From a virus, in the IMG/VR virus record IMGVR_UViG_3300031088_000737, positions 1-64,000 of that record: DNA of 64,000 nt; one strand, given 5' to 3'. Positions 18,135 through 29,563 of the stretch are shown here, piece after piece. Every line of letters starts with the position of its first letter. The stretch's first letter is position 1. The position numbers and the translations under genes are program-made. The notes below the pieces were generated by a model. The model searched no databases. It was given only the letters and a program-made list of their open reading frames with translations, and was not told the DNA's origin.

Positions 18135-19943
18135 ATGCATTTTAAAGAAAATGAAGCAGTTAAAGACAGTTTAAACATCATCGAAAATCATTTTAAAGAA
18201 GTGGCTAAACGTGACATTACTCAAGAAATGCTCTTGGGATTTACGAAAGATACGCCTAACTTTGTTATCAACAAAGGGTATGCTTCCCAAATAAAGTCAG
18301 ATTTCACCAGTGTTGTGACAGCGTATGAAACATTTAAAGAAAAATTTAATGAATCCACCTCAAATCCAGAACTTGCGGATATCGTAGAAGCAGTCTCACG
18401 GGCTTATTTTACACTGGATGACACAGGTGGTGTTATTGATAAACGTATTGTGAATGGTCAGATGTCTGTTTATAAAGAATGGGTTGATTTTGCGAAAGAG
18501 AATGGTGTAGATTCTCAGGAAAACTTTGATCAGTTCAAAGAAACACTCACCAATTGTTCTGTCTTTATTAAGAAAGCGAGTTTAATTGTTAAAGACTTAT
18601 CAAAGACTATTAAGGAGATTAAAGAAAGTAAAGCTAATGCACCGTATGTTCGTGGATTAATACAAGACTTTATGGAAACCTTTCAGGATAAAGTGGGATC
18701 TCAAAATAGTTTCTTCATGGAGATCAATAAAAACGTTAGTCTTTATGAAAATGTTTTGTATAAAATGACTATTGATATTGACACAATGAAAGATGCCATA
18801 AAAAAACAAACACCAGAAGTCATGAAAACAATGGCAAACAAATTTTGTGACTCCCAAGTTGAGACAGACAATGATATTTCTAGTTTCTTAAAATCAAAAG
18901 ATTTTGATCACTTAATTGAAACAAGAGTTCAATTAAAAGGGCAATCAAAACCAGACAATATTCTATTTATAGATGGCTCTTACGCTTATGTTGATAATGG
19001 ACAATATAGACATACTCTTACTGAATATGACTTCTTTGAATCTCGTACAGAGTTACATGAATCCGCGATTGCTCACTTATCTAGAAAGAAACCAAAAGTC
19101 GCCACCTTTTTTAAACGCTTTATTGAAGACAGTGAATCAGCAGTGGATATTATTCCAGTCTTAGACACCTATCAACAATACAGTGATGTAGTGGCTCGTG
19201 CAGGTATTAATGTGTTGCAGATGACTAATAAATCAATGGAAGCTGTAGATGACAGTATCAACGAAGTTGTCTTGGAGCACAAAACTAATCAATACATAAA
19301 TAGCATACTGAGTAATAAATACCAACACCTTTTAACACCAGAATCTCGTGGCATGTTAAAAATTATTTATGATGCAGGCGTTAATAAACAATCTTTGCAA
19401 AATTATGTTGGTAAAAAGATTGCAGCGTTAAAAACACCAGAAGAGTTTTTAGAATACGTGACCAAAGTAAAAGACCATTTTTCTGGTTTTACTTACAATG
19501 CATTAAGTTCAAAACTAGAAGGGAATGGTATTACGCCTTGTTATGATAAAGATGGTGTTGTTATTTTCAATGTCGAGAACTTTGCTCTGTCTAAAAAATT
19601 AGGCTCACCGTCTTGGTGTATTTCACGTACATCTAATTACTTTGAAGACTATACTGAAAATGGAGCACGTCAGTATTTCATGTATGACTTTAATGAAAAA
19701 GAAACAAGCAATAATTCAATGATTGGATTTACGATAAAAAAAGATGGATCAATATTGGCTAGCCATTTGAAAAATGATGATGATTTTACATTTTTGACGA
19801 ATTATAGTGCATTACATTTAGAAGTATTAAAAAATGATTTCAATCAATTTAAACTTAATGACGAATACTCAAAAATAATGAAAGAAAAATATAATCTAGG
19901 CGACTATAAAGAGAAACCTAAAAAAACAGGATTAAAAATATGA
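18135..19943 (+). CDS. hypothetical protein, LGSPSWC family, paralogue of 37207-38970
   Basis: shares EHKTNQY..SILSNK..HLLTP, GKK.AA.KT, LGSPSWCI.R, QYFMYDF, IGFT with 37207-38970; tail KKTGLKI. Confidence 0.8.
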   Translation: MHFKENEAVKDSLNIIENHFKEVAKRDITQEMLLGFTKDTPNFVINKGYASQIKSDFTSVVTAYETFKEKFNESTSNPELADIVEAVSRAYFTLDDTGGVIDKRIVNGQMSVYKEWVDFAKENGVDSQENFDQFKETLTNCSVFIKKASLIVKDLSKTIKEIKESKANAPYVRGLIQDFMETFQDKVGSQNSFFMEINKNVSLYENVLYKMTIDIDTMKDAIKKQTPEVMKTMANKFCDSQVETDNDISSFLKSKDFDHLIETRVQLKGQSKPDNILFIDGSYAYVDNGQYRHTLTEYDFFESRTELHESAIAHLSRKKPKVATFFKRFIEDSESAVDIIPVLDTYQQYSDVVARAGINVLQMTNKSMEAVDDSINEVVLEHKTNQYINSILSNKYQHLLTPESRGMLKIIYDAGVNKQSLQNYVGKKIAALKTPEEFLEYVTKVKDHFSGFTYNALSSKLEGNGITPCYDKDGVVIFNVENFALSKKLGSPSWCISRTSNYFEDYTENGARQYFMYDFNEKETSNNSMIGFTIKKDGSILASHLKNDDDFTFLTNYSALHLEVLKNDFNQFKLNDEYSKIMKEKYNLGDYKEKPKKTGLKI

Positions 19944-21490
19944 AGATAACCGATTACGTTAAAGAAATGAAAACTATTGCAGAACAATCTGGGATATCTA
20001 ATCCTGCTGAAATGAATGAAGTATTAACCTTAGCATTGTTTAAATTACTTCAATCTCCTGCATTGTTATCAGAGTTTACCAAACATAAACTAGAACATCA
20101 TAATGACAATAACATAATGTTAGGGATCATGGATGATGATCTATTTGCGAAACATTTTATTATTGATCATGACAGTACTGTTAAATCAAATAAAAAAAGT
20201 TTCTCTGTTGGTGATAAAGACGTTTATGAAGTTAAAAATAATGTTCTGAAAGAAGTCGAGTTGGATTTTTTAAATGTTGTGAAATCCAGTGAATCGTTTG
20301 ACGATTTTTGTAAAAACTACTCTGATTTTTTAACCAATACAGATAACACGATTTTAAAGCAATTTTCACATCGTTCAAAAATTGAAAAAACATTAGTGGA
20401 AGCTTATACATTGTTAGATACGGTAAGAGAAGGTAAAACGAATCGCACACATTTAGTTGTAGAACCTTTTGGCGAAATTCAGATGAATCATGTTACGCCT
20501 GATTTTATGGAATTTGTGAATAAAGACATCAATGGAAAATTAGACCACTTGGCAGAAAAAGACATGCTCTTTCGCACATTTTCATCAATTGACGGTGTAA
20601 CCTACACCAGTGTTCAGAAATTTAAAGAAGCCTATTTAAACAATGAACTTGAAGAAGATAGCTTTTTATCAAAATTGTTAAGTAGCGATGATCCATCCGT
20701 CTGTATTGAAACGATTTTTGAAGGCGAATGGTTTGACACCTATAAAGAAACAACGTTGCGTTCAGGAAAAAAAGCATTATTAGCACCAACAGTTAATGAG
20801 ATGTATGAACGTTATCCTATTGTAAACGTAATGGTTGAAGTCATGTATGATAAGTATCCTTATTTTAATGTAGAACAGAACGATATGATTCAAATTAAAA
20901 CTATTTTAGAAACAGCGGATACAACAACTGATGAGATGGATATTCATAAAAAAGAATTTATGGCAGATGTTAATCAATTTTGTTTCAAGGATAAAGAATA
21001 TAGTGAACATCTTAAAGAAGACACTAAACATACCCGAGTCTATGCAACATCACCTTTTGGTGTATTAATGGAAGTGGGTGGTAGACATACCTTTCCGCCT
21101 AATAAAAATTTGAGTGTTTTATATTTAGATGATATTAAAATGAAAACACATCTTAATGATGAAAATGAAATAATTTGTTTGAATCGTTTTCTAAAACTTT
21201 GCGAAGAAAATAAAATAGTGTGTGCTTATGATGGCGAAAATCTTTCAGAACGTGCAAAAGAAATTATTAAAGCTCGTACTGGTGTGGCTAGCTTTGATAA
21301 AAGTAACAATTTTGATAATCTTGATCACTTATTGCCTTACAAAGTTATTATTAAAGATATGAACGCTACTTATGATGAGTTTATAACACTTAAATCTGTT
21401 ATTCCTTCACTTCCAGAAAACAGTAGCACTGAGGATATAATAAATACTTTTCAAGCAAAACTAAAACAACAAAATAAATTGACGCTTTGA
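19940..21490 (+). CDS. hypothetical protein, distant paralogue of 38972-40600
   Basis: 4-bp overlap with upstream gene; TVNEMYERYPIV resembles TVEQLYKANPIV; tail KQQNKLTL. Confidence 0.75.
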   Translation: MKITDYVKEMKTIAEQSGISNPAEMNEVLTLALFKLLQSPALLSEFTKHKLEHHNDNNIMLGIMDDDLFAKHFIIDHDSTVKSNKKSFSVGDKDVYEVKNNVLKEVELDFLNVVKSSESFDDFCKNYSDFLTNTDNTILKQFSHRSKIEKTLVEAYTLLDTVREGKTNRTHLVVEPFGEIQMNHVTPDFMEFVNKDINGKLDHLAEKDMLFRTFSSIDGVTYTSVQKFKEAYLNNELEEDSFLSKLLSSDDPSVCIETIFEGEWFDTYKETTLRSGKKALLAPTVNEMYERYPIVNVMVEVMYDKYPYFNVEQNDMIQIKTILETADTTTDEMDIHKKEFMADVNQFCFKDKEYSEHLKEDTKHTRVYATSPFGVLMEVGGRHTFPPNKNLSVLYLDDIKMKTHLNDENEIICLNRFLKLCEENKIVCAYDGENLSERAKEIIKARTGVASFDKSNNFDNLDHLLPYKVIIKDMNATYDEFITLKSVIPSLPENSSTEDIINTFQAKLKQQNKLTL

Positions 21491-21559
21491 GCGTCTTTTT
21501 ATTTTCCACCTCTATGCTATAATATTAGAAAGATAATAATTAAAGACGCTAGGAATTTC

Positions 21560-23623
21560 ATGGTTGATTCAAATTTAAAATACAAAGTTTATGAAAATAA
21601 AATGTCTCACTTTTTCTACGAATTAATTGAGTTCAAACTTACCTATGATGGTAAACTTGAAGCCCATGATTTCAACATGTTTAATAAAGTTATGACGAAC
21701 TATTTTAATTCAGGTGTTTTTAATGAATTCATTGGTGGTAAATATAAAATGTGTAAGCACCGTGAACATGAACATTATTCTATGTATGACAATGAAAGTG
21801 GTTCACCTGTTAATAATTTATACATCGGTCACAGTGTCTATGATGAGATAAGAGAAAAGTATCCAGAAAAAGGAGAACACTATGTTGCTCAAATGTATCA
21901 ATTTATTGATGATATCGAAGCTCTTATTTATGATAAAAATGACGACTATATTGAAAGAAGAAAAAAATATATTCCTAATATGCTAGTGGTAGACTATACC
22001 ATGAATGATAATGAATTAAAATTTCAAGAAAGTTTTTTTAAATCTGACATCGGACATCATTATAATGTAAACTTTAAAAATCAAAACATTAAAACACTTA
22101 TTCAAGATAAACTGAATATGGACGCTCCTGTTCAATCAGTTTTTTGTAAAAATTTTGGTGAACATTATGATTTATTGAAGAAAACGTTACCTTATGAATT
22201 TTATCCAGAATATATTGGAACTCCTTATGCTTTTGATAAGCAATGTCACTTTATGCATGATGAATTAGAATTACATTATATGCCATCTAAAACTGACCAT
22301 GATGAACACAGTCGAAATATTGATAACACATGGATTCTTTTACATCAAAATAATCGTTATGCTGGCGGTGTTGTTATTGCTAACTCAGCAGTGAATGAAG
22401 TAAGACATATTTCTATGAAATCATCGATAGCTAATAAAGAAAATTGTAAACGCATTATTGATGAAATTTTATCAAATAATCTATTTAGTAAAGAGATGTT
22501 TATAACAGCTCCAGAAATACAACGTTATGGTCTACAAGATGAGTTGAGACAACAATATAAAAATAGACCTCTTTATTTTACTCAGAGAGAGAAACATGCT
22601 TATTTTATCTTAGAATCTTTTATTGAGTTAAATGGCCTCAGTCAGCATAATGAAAAAATAAAAAATGACTTCTATAAAAACATTATAGTCAAACATGATA
22701 AGTTGTTAAATGCGGGTGATCTTTTTGAATATTCGTATGAGTTAAATGAATCACCAGTTGATTTACTGATGGACAAATTTAAACTTGATGTATTAAAAAA
22801 ATATCAAAAATCTCACAATGATTTAGAAGTGATCGAAAGAGAAACATTTATCAGGAGATGTTTCATATCTCAACAAGGTGAAGATGACTATAAATATTAC
22901 CTTCAAAACGATTATAGAGGCTTAGATTTTGCATTTAGAATTCCTCTCGATGGGAATGGAACTACTGATTTGTTGAATGTTGTTAAAGATTTCTTATTAA
23001 ATCAAAATATTGCTTACACTGCTGATGTTTACAAAGGGGTGTATGAAAGTATAAAAAACAACCAACAAATAGCTGAACAAGAGAGTTCACATAAAGAATT
23101 TTTAACATACAGTTATCATGCTCTTTATGAGACGCTTTCTGACTTAGGATGTATTAAAACTAATCAAGAACCTTGTTATGTTTTTAGACTGGAAATGGTT
23201 GATGGAAAAGGTGTTTATAAAAGTGTTGATAGTGAAAGTGATCTGGTAAGTAATAATGATGCTGCTATTTTAGAATATGATCAAAGAAAAATACCACAAC
23301 GAGATAGAGGACTATCTACACTCTTTTTGGCTTATGATTCACGAGTTGAAATCAAAAACAATTATGCGGATAATTATCATTTTGCTTTCTCATCGAAAGA
23401 ACAAATGTTGTCATGGTTTGGAAAACAAGAGTTGACGGATCTTGCTAAACTGGGAACTAAACTTTATCGTTGTGAAATCCCGGCTGTTAATATGATAGCC
23501 AGTCAAGTTCAAGTAGCATTTAATGCCAACAAACTAATCAGTAAAATTGAACTAGATTTAAATGAATTTTTAGACATTGAACAAGAGAATAAACCTCTAA
23601 CAAATAGGAAAATGAAGATATAA
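21560..23623 (+). CDS. large hypothetical protein, basic C-tail
   Basis: 687 aa; ends KPLTNRKMKI. Confidence 0.8.
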   Translation: MVDSNLKYKVYENKMSHFFYELIEFKLTYDGKLEAHDFNMFNKVMTNYFNSGVFNEFIGGKYKMCKHREHEHYSMYDNESGSPVNNLYIGHSVYDEIREKYPEKGEHYVAQMYQFIDDIEALIYDKNDDYIERRKKYIPNMLVVDYTMNDNELKFQESFFKSDIGHHYNVNFKNQNIKTLIQDKLNMDAPVQSVFCKNFGEHYDLLKKTLPYEFYPEYIGTPYAFDKQCHFMHDELELHYMPSKTDHDEHSRNIDNTWILLHQNNRYAGGVVIANSAVNEVRHISMKSSIANKENCKRIIDEILSNNLFSKEMFITAPEIQRYGLQDELRQQYKNRPLYFTQREKHAYFILESFIELNGLSQHNEKIKNDFYKNIIVKHDKLLNAGDLFEYSYELNESPVDLLMDKFKLDVLKKYQKSHNDLEVIERETFIRRCFISQQGEDDYKYYLQNDYRGLDFAFRIPLDGNGTTDLLNVVKDFLLNQNIAYTADVYKGVYESIKNNQQIAEQESSHKEFLTYSYHALYETLSDLGCIKTNQEPCYVFRLEMVDGKGVYKSVDSESDLVSNNDAAILEYDQRKIPQRDRGLSTLFLAYDSRVEIKNNYADNYHFAFSSKEQMLSWFGKQELTDLAKLGTKLYRCEIPAVNMIASQVQVAFNANKLISKIELDLNEFLDIEQENKPLTNRKMKI

Positions 23624-23650
23624 AAAAAGCCACTCCAAGTGGCTTCTTTT
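23622..23650. terminator. bidirectional intrinsic terminator
   Basis: AAAAAAAGCCACT-CCA-AGTGGCTTCTTTT between convergent genes. Confidence 0.75.
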
Positions 23651-23662
23651 ATTATGCATTTA

Positions 23663-24397
23663 TTATTTCAGAAATTCCATATGCTCAGTGACTGAGTTTG
23701 TAAAATTTTGTTCTTTTAAATCTTTTGCTGTTTTCTTTTTAAAAGCGTCTAATTTTCCAGTAGTTGTTGTTGTTTCAACAATATTGTCTTTAACTTCTAT
23801 TTTAAATTTTTTATCATTGAGAACGTAAAAATCATCATCTTTTTTATAACCACTATCTTCTAACAAGTCAACAATAAAGTCTTTTTCTTTGTCTGCTATT
23901 TTACCGCTGTCTTTTTTCTCTATTTTTCTAATTGAGATGACTTTACCAAAACCATATTCAAAACAGATCTTTAATGAGCTGTATTTTTTGTAAAAACATT
24001 CTGTTTTAAACTCTTCCTGATTGGTGTCAATCAATTGAGCATTTTTGTTCTCACTGTATAGGTTGTTTGTTAAATCTATTTGTTGTAAAACTTTCTCTAA
24101 TTTTTCAATATTTTCAATCGCAGCCGTATCCGATGGAGCTGTTTCTTTTAAAATCAATTTATAAGAGGCCAATTTGGTTAATGTGTTTGAAATTAATTTT
24201 GGATTAGTGTTCTCGGATGTATCACTTGTTGGCATAATAATATTCTGGTCTTTTATGATTTTTATATGCCTTACATCGCCTAATTGTAAATCTTGATAAT
24301 CAAATTCTAATTTTTTATCAGTAGCTTGTTTTTCTTCGGCATGAATACCTAGTGAACAAAGGGATATCATGGACAACAATAATATTTTTTTAATCAT
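23663..24397 (-). CDS. predicted exported protein
   Basis: GGAG SD favours start 24397; Sec-type signal MIKKILLLSMISLCSLGIHA. Confidence 0.7.
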   Translation of the reverse strand: MIKKILLLSMISLCSLGIHAEEKQATDKKLEFDYQDLQLGDVRHIKIIKDQNIIMPTSDTSENTNPKLISNTLTKLASYKLILKETAPSDTAAIENIEKLEKVLQQIDLTNNLYSENKNAQLIDTNQEEFKTECFYKKYSSLKICFEYGFGKVISIRKIEKKDSGKIADKEKDFIVDLLEDSGYKKDDDFYVLNDKKFKIEVKDNIVETTTTTGKLDAFKKKTAKDLKEQNFTNSVTEHMEFLK

Positions 24398-24542
24398 CTT
24401 TTTCTCCAAATAGTAGTTAAATTATAGTCAAATATGGTAATACAAAAAAAGCAATAAGTCAATTAAACTGCAACATATAATCCTTGATACATTGACAAAT
24501 ACATAAAATTTGATATAGTTTCATAATAAAAAGGGGTTTAAA

Positions 24543-25079
24543 ATGAGCGATAAATTTGTCATTTCATTGTCAGCAACAACGAAAAAACATATATCTTTCG
24601 ATTATTTTAAATCGAGAGCAGAAACACTACTTCTTAAAACCATTACTGAATGGGCCGAAGATCCAAACAAAATCATTGAAAAGAAAATTCCAGAAATTAA
24701 AGATTACAATTTTTATTTCAATAGACTGTATAAATTTAGACAGAAAATGGCAGAATCTTTACCTAATAGTTGTATCTTTGAACAAGAGCAACAACCAGAT
24801 GGTTCTACTAAATATATGGTGATATTCGATATAGAACAAATCATGAAAGATCTCTATGAATCTGAGCTTCAATATAATCAAAATAAAATCAATGATGTGA
24901 TGATGATTATTTCTGAATTGACTATTAAATTTAAAGCTAATAATTATATTGAAAATATGGACTTCTTATTCACTAATGATGCTGTAACACTTCCAAAAGA
25001 AATGAAAGAATGGAATGATTTAGTTCGTAATATGAAAAGCGAAACGTTTTATTTGATTGATGAAGATGACGAACCCTGA
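24543..25079 (+). CDS. hypothetical protein
   Basis: TTGACA promoter and AGGGG SD upstream. Confidence 0.7.
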   Translation: MSDKFVISLSATTKKHISFDYFKSRAETLLLKTITEWAEDPNKIIEKKIPEIKDYNFYFNRLYKFRQKMAESLPNSCIFEQEQQPDGSTKYMVIFDIEQIMKDLYESELQYNQNKINDVMMIISELTIKFKANNYIENMDFLFTNDAVTLPKEMKEWNDLVRNMKSETFYLIDEDDEP

Positions 25080-25114
25080 TATAATAACTTCCTACATGAT
25101 TAGGGAGTTTTTTT

Positions 25115-25987
25115 TTGAAATCACATAGTCCATTGCAACCATTAACATCAACACTTTTTAAAGAACATAACCTTAATGTTTATGTGAAAAGAGATGACCT
25201 GATTCATCCTTATATTTCAGGTAACAAATGGCGTAAGTGTTTTTACTTACTAGAACATATTATCAATAATGGATATAGAACGGCTGTTACGTTTGGTGGA
25301 GCTTACTCTAATCATATTCATGCCTTTGCCTATGCTTGTAATCAGCTTGGCCTCAAATCTGTTGGCATTATTCGTGGTGATGAATTAGCTGGAAAACCCT
25401 TGAATAAAACACTCTCATTTGCACAAGAACATGGCATGAAACTTGTATTTGTCAGTCGAGATGAATATAAGAAACGTTATGATGAACACTATAATAATGA
25501 ATTAGCTATTCAGCACAATGCTTATGTCGTTCCAGAAGGAGGCACTACTTTATTTGCGGTTGATGGTTTTAAAGAAATGCTCACTGAAATTAGAAATAAT
25601 ATTCAATTTGATTCTATTTTTGTTCCTTGTGGTTCTGGTGGCACCATTGCTGGAATTAATGCAAATCTTTTACCCAATGAAACTGTTTATGGTATTAATG
25701 TTTTAAAGGGTACCGAATCTGAATTATTGAACACATTAAAAGAGTTTTCATCTATCAAGCAGTATATTATTAATAATGATTATCATTTTGGTGGATATGC
25801 CAAGCACACCCCAGAGTTAATTGATTTTATGCAGTCGTTTGAACAAGAATTTGAAATTGAATTAGAAGAAGTTTATAGTTCGAAAATGTTCTATGCTTTT
25901 TTCGATATGGTTCGAAAAGGTTCTTTTAAAAACAAGACGGTCGTCTTATGCCATACAGGTGGTCTGCAGGCCAAGATCCATAAATAA
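25115..25987 (+). CDS. PLP-dependent D-cysteine desulfhydrase / ACC deaminase family enzyme
   Basis: KRDDL...SGNKWRK (PLP lysine), TFGGAYSNH, PEGG, CGSGGT, HFGGYAK, HTGGLQ. Confidence 0.9.
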   Translation: MKSHSPLQPLTSTLFKEHNLNVYVKRDDLIHPYISGNKWRKCFYLLEHIINNGYRTAVTFGGAYSNHIHAFAYACNQLGLKSVGIIRGDELAGKPLNKTLSFAQEHGMKLVFVSRDEYKKRYDEHYNNELAIQHNAYVVPEGGTTLFAVDGFKEMLTEIRNNIQFDSIFVPCGSGGTIAGINANLLPNETVYGINVLKGTESELLNTLKEFSSIKQYIINNDYHFGGYAKHTPELIDFMQSFEQEFEIELEEVYSSKMFYAFFDMVRKGSFKNKTVVLCHTGGLQAKIHK

Positions 25988-26072
25988 TATTGATATGAAC
26001 TATTTCTTGAATGGTGCTTGTTATTTTAATTTTACAGATAATAATATCTAAAATAAGGACAAGGAGAAATCT

Positions 26073-26678
26073 ATGCAAAACATAGGAATGATTGTGAGGG
26101 AAGATATTAATAATTATTTTGTAGAAAACATAAAAACAAAAGAAATAGAAGTTGTTGAAAAGTTGCCAGAATCTGATTTTAAGGCCACTGAGTATATTGC
26201 TTACTCGCTTGAGAAAAAGACACTGTATCAAACATATAAATATAATTCATTACCTAGCAAAAGTATTATCACTGAAACCAATGAGATTGATGGGATAATT
26301 TTCTTTTCGTCACCTTTTCATATTGTAGGTTGTTTGAGTGAAAAAGAAGCTAAGCTTGGCTTTGATGAATTCTTCCAAAAATCATCCTGTAACTTTGTTA
26401 AAAACCTTCAATATATTGAGAATGAAGCTGATGGTCATTATGATGTAAAGGGCGATATAGGTTTATATTATAATGAAAGATTCTCAGCAGAAAACTTTGT
26501 TGATAAATTTAATGAAAAATTTCATAACGATGTAAAAACTGTTCGTCAAAATTTAGAAGTTGAGCTAGCAGTTATTGAAAATGAAAAAGAAATTATAAAA
26601 GTATCTCACAATCTTTTTTTAGTTTCCGTATTGATGGTCATTGCCGTTATCTTAGTTGGATCTTTTTTTAGACTTTAA
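26073..26678 (+). CDS. hypothetical protein with C-terminal membrane anchor
   Basis: AAGGAG SD; hydrophobic C-terminal helix. Confidence 0.7.
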   Translation: MQNIGMIVREDINNYFVENIKTKEIEVVEKLPESDFKATEYIAYSLEKKTLYQTYKYNSLPSKSIITETNEIDGIIFFSSPFHIVGCLSEKEAKLGFDEFFQKSSCNFVKNLQYIENEADGHYDVKGDIGLYYNERFSAENFVDKFNEKFHNDVKTVRQNLEVELAVIENEKEIIKVSHNLFLVSVLMVIAVILVGSFFRL

Positions 26679-26779
26679 TTCATTAATATGTTACAAATAT
26701 AAGCTCTTTCATGAGCTTTTTTGTTGCTTAAATTTATTATTTTTGATATACTATAATCCTAATGTAAATAGGGTAAGCC

Positions 26780-28024
26780 ATGAACACTACACTTTCTCCC
26801 AATGCTATTGTCAACGAACTTTCTGGCCTGTTAACAGGGGATGAGATTGTTCCCTATATCGATCATAAAGTTAGACAATTTTGTGAAAGCATTGATTTGC
26901 CTATTTATTCAAGAGATGAGTATAAAGATAATAACGATATAACAGGTCTTTTTTTTGATGATTTGCATAAAGACAGAAACTGTTTTTTTTATGATTTGAC
27001 TAATCAATCTGTTGACAGTGTTATTGCTTTAATTGAGTTTATTATTGGTAAAAAAATCAATAATTTTCGTCAATATGTTTCTGCAGTTAATTTCTATTCT
27101 GATCTTCACTATGGATCATCTGACAAAGATAAAACTGATTTATCTGTATCCATTAGAAATGAGAACGGTTATGTAAAACTTTCGGTGTATGATGAGAAAA
27201 CTGAACGACCTATTTCAATTCTTTTAAAAATAGATAATGGTATTCTTTATTTGGAGTCATATGGTTATTATTTTAAATTAGAACTGGTTAATTGGGATTT
27301 ATTTAATAGCCTTTTTGATCGCTTTATAAATACGTGTCATCAGCGTAAAATTCAAGAAGTTTCAACCGTCATTGGACGGTCAGATGTGACATCAAACTAC
27401 ATTTTAAACAGAAATAAAATGTCAATTTTTGATTGTATACAAGAGACTACAAAACAATTAAACGTTAAAGATATTGTGGATCTTTGCGATGAATTTAAAT
27501 TCAGTGAAAAAGTCATTTTAAATGGTAGTGGACAGCAATGTTATAAGACTTATGACTATAAAAATATCTTAATGTTAACTGATACTATTTTAAATGAACG
27601 CGATGCATTTTTTATTAGACAAGTCATTAGTTTTAGTCATTTTAGATACACACTTTCTAATGGTAAAAAATTGGTATATCGATTTAGTTTTAAAAATCCA
27701 TCTAAATATAAACTAAAATATTCTTATCTGTATAATTTATCTATATTTGAAGACAACATTGGACCTATGGATGGAGCTATAGGTGATATTTCAATCGACA
27801 TTGGAGATTTTGAGAATTCAACCTTACTTTTGGGATTTTTCCAAGCAAAAGAAATGGGATTAACCATGCCTAGAAAACATCGTGATGAAGAACCCGATAT
27901 GTTTTTTAAATTGATGAAAGATTCATTTAAAATTGAAATTGCTGAAAAATTAGAAATGTCGTCAATTGATTTAAAAACAGAGCATTATATCTTATATGAA
28001 ATGATGAATTTCATGGGGATTTAA
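26780..28024 (+). CDS. hypothetical protein with extended C-terminal tag
   Basis: ends HYILYEMMNF-MGI (tag plus 3 residues). Confidence 0.75.
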   Translation: MNTTLSPNAIVNELSGLLTGDEIVPYIDHKVRQFCESIDLPIYSRDEYKDNNDITGLFFDDLHKDRNCFFYDLTNQSVDSVIALIEFIIGKKINNFRQYVSAVNFYSDLHYGSSDKDKTDLSVSIRNENGYVKLSVYDEKTERPISILLKIDNGILYLESYGYYFKLELVNWDLFNSLFDRFINTCHQRKIQEVSTVIGRSDVTSNYILNRNKMSIFDCIQETTKQLNVKDIVDLCDEFKFSEKVILNGSGQQCYKTYDYKNILMLTDTILNERDAFFIRQVISFSHFRYTLSNGKKLVYRFSFKNPSKYKLKYSYLYNLSIFEDNIGPMDGAIGDISIDIGDFENSTLLLGFFQAKEMGLTMPRKHRDEEPDMFFKLMKDSFKIEIAEKLEMSSIDLKTEHYILYEMMNFMGI

Positions 28025-28073
28025 TGTGTAATGATTGTATTAAACACCTTTATAGTTAATTTTTTCAAATTGG

Positions 28074-28847
28074 TTATATCGAATACATAATCAATAGTTT
28101 TAATTTTTCATCCATATCATCTCCAAGAGAAACTAACTGCCGACCTAATTCATTTGTTGGGTCGATATTTTTCATAACATTTTTTTCAATAAAATTTTTA
28201 AATATAATATCTAAATCCTTATCAAAATCAAAAATATCGTTTTCTTCAAAGAAATCTTCATAATACATAGGATATGACTTAACGAAATAAATAGATTGTT
28301 TTTCAATGTTAAATGCTATATCAAATTGAAAGTCTATATCTTTACCAGCAAAGAAAGATAACACAGGAACGGCTATTATTTCTCTTTTTTTTGTCATTTT
28401 GAATTGGTAATTAAGGTAAAATAAATATTTTTTATTGTCAATTCTGCAAATTGATGTCGATGAATTTGATAAATTGTGTATTAGTTTCAAACTTTCCCCA
28501 GACCCAGATATTTCATACATTTTCTTTTGATCAAAATATGAAAAAGGTTTCATTATTTTTCTAAAATAACCCCCTTCATAAAAAGACTTCATGAAATTAT
28601 TGATCAATGACATTCTGTTATTATCAGGCAATATAATATTGGTTACTTTCTTAGTGTCTTCAAAATCATTATATTTAGATTGTAAGGCTTCTATAAAATT
28701 GTTCTTAACAAAAAATGAAAATTTAAGACCTTGTTGTTCTATACCTACTTGAAATCCATTTTTCATGTATGCAACTTCGAAAATAGAGATATCAGAATCA
28801 GGGAAATATTTATCTAATGCGTCTTCTAGCAGTGTCCGATTATTCAT
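28074..28847 (-). CDS. hypothetical protein with C-terminal M-x-x-Phi tag
   Basis: ends KLKLLIMYSI. Confidence 0.75.
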   Translation of the reverse strand: MNNRTLLEDALDKYFPDSDISIFEVAYMKNGFQVGIEQQGLKFSFFVKNNFIEALQSKYNDFEDTKKVTNIILPDNNRMSLINNFMKSFYEGGYFRKIMKPFSYFDQKKMYEISGSGESLKLIHNLSNSSTSICRIDNKKYLFYLNYQFKMTKKREIIAVPVLSFFAGKDIDFQFDIAFNIEKQSIYFVKSYPMYYEDFFEENDIFDFDKDLDIIFKNFIEKNVMKNIDPTNELGRQLVSLGDDMDEKLKLLIMYSI

Positions 28848-29113
28848 ATTTTATCCTCAAAAATCAATATTATTTATTAATTTACTCCAATTAAAATAAT
28901 AATCAATGTTACCCATCAAGAAATTTACTATAAATAAGTACATTAAAAGGCAGATTTATAACAAAAAAATTCATCTATAAATCGTATTAAAATAATTTAA
29001 AATATTTAAAAAAATCCTTTAAAATCAATAAATTAAACTCGTAATAAATAATCTATAAATTTGACTTTTAGCCTTATTTTTGGTAAAATATTTATATAGA
29101 AAGAGAGGAAATT

Positions 29114-29488
29114 ATGACTACTAAACCTGTAAAAATCACCAAGAAAATGCTAGCAGAAATGGAAACTGTTTATTATGCTTATCTTGTAAAAAGAACAGCA
29201 GATTATGTTCTATCCAAAAATCCAACTTATCGTTTTGAAATTAAGAGAACCAATATTCAAAATAGAATGCCATTAAGTAAGCTTACTAATACAGGATTAA
29301 AGAAAGCCTTGAAAGATTCTCCTTATTCTTTTAAAGTCACTCGAAATAAATATCCAACGCCACACATTGAAAGAGGTTTTCTTAAAATGATCAATGATGT
29401 CAATGAAATCATGATTGAACAAGGTCGATTTTTAGAACAAGAGATTACAGATGATGATTTCCTTCTTGTTGAAATGATGAAATTCTAA
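29114..29488 (+). CDS. small basic protein with C-terminal M-x-x-Phi tag
   Basis: ends DFLLVEMMKF; GAGG SD; terminator at 29490-29512. Confidence 0.75.
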   Translation: MTTKPVKITKKMLAEMETVYYAYLVKRTADYVLSKNPTYRFEIKRTNIQNRMPLSKLTNTGLKKALKDSPYSFKVTRNKYPTPHIERGFLKMINDVNEIMIEQGRFLEQEITDDDFLLVEMMKF

Positions 29489-29563
29489 CAAAAGCCTCGA
29501 AAGAGGTTTTTTGCTAACTGGCCTTTTTGTGATAACATGATTTTTAATTAAAGGATATCAATC

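Noticed and set aside
21481-21550. AAAGACGCT (21542-21550) is complementary to the terminator arm AGCGTCTTT (21490-21498), suggesting an antiterminator
   Set aside because: It lies downstream of the terminator and of an intervening -10 box, so it cannot act co-transcriptionally; probably chance.
25115-25987. Specific call as ACC deaminase (acdS)
   Set aside because: The short GAYSNH-type protein fits the broader D-cysteine desulfhydrase-like group; substrate cannot be assigned from motifs.
28848-29113. Long AT-rich spacer as a replication origin
   Set aside because: No iterons or DnaA-box cluster seen; it is explained by divergent promoters.
29489-29563. SOS (LexA) control of uvsE
   Set aside because: No CTGT-N8-ACAG box found upstream of uvsE or rtcB.
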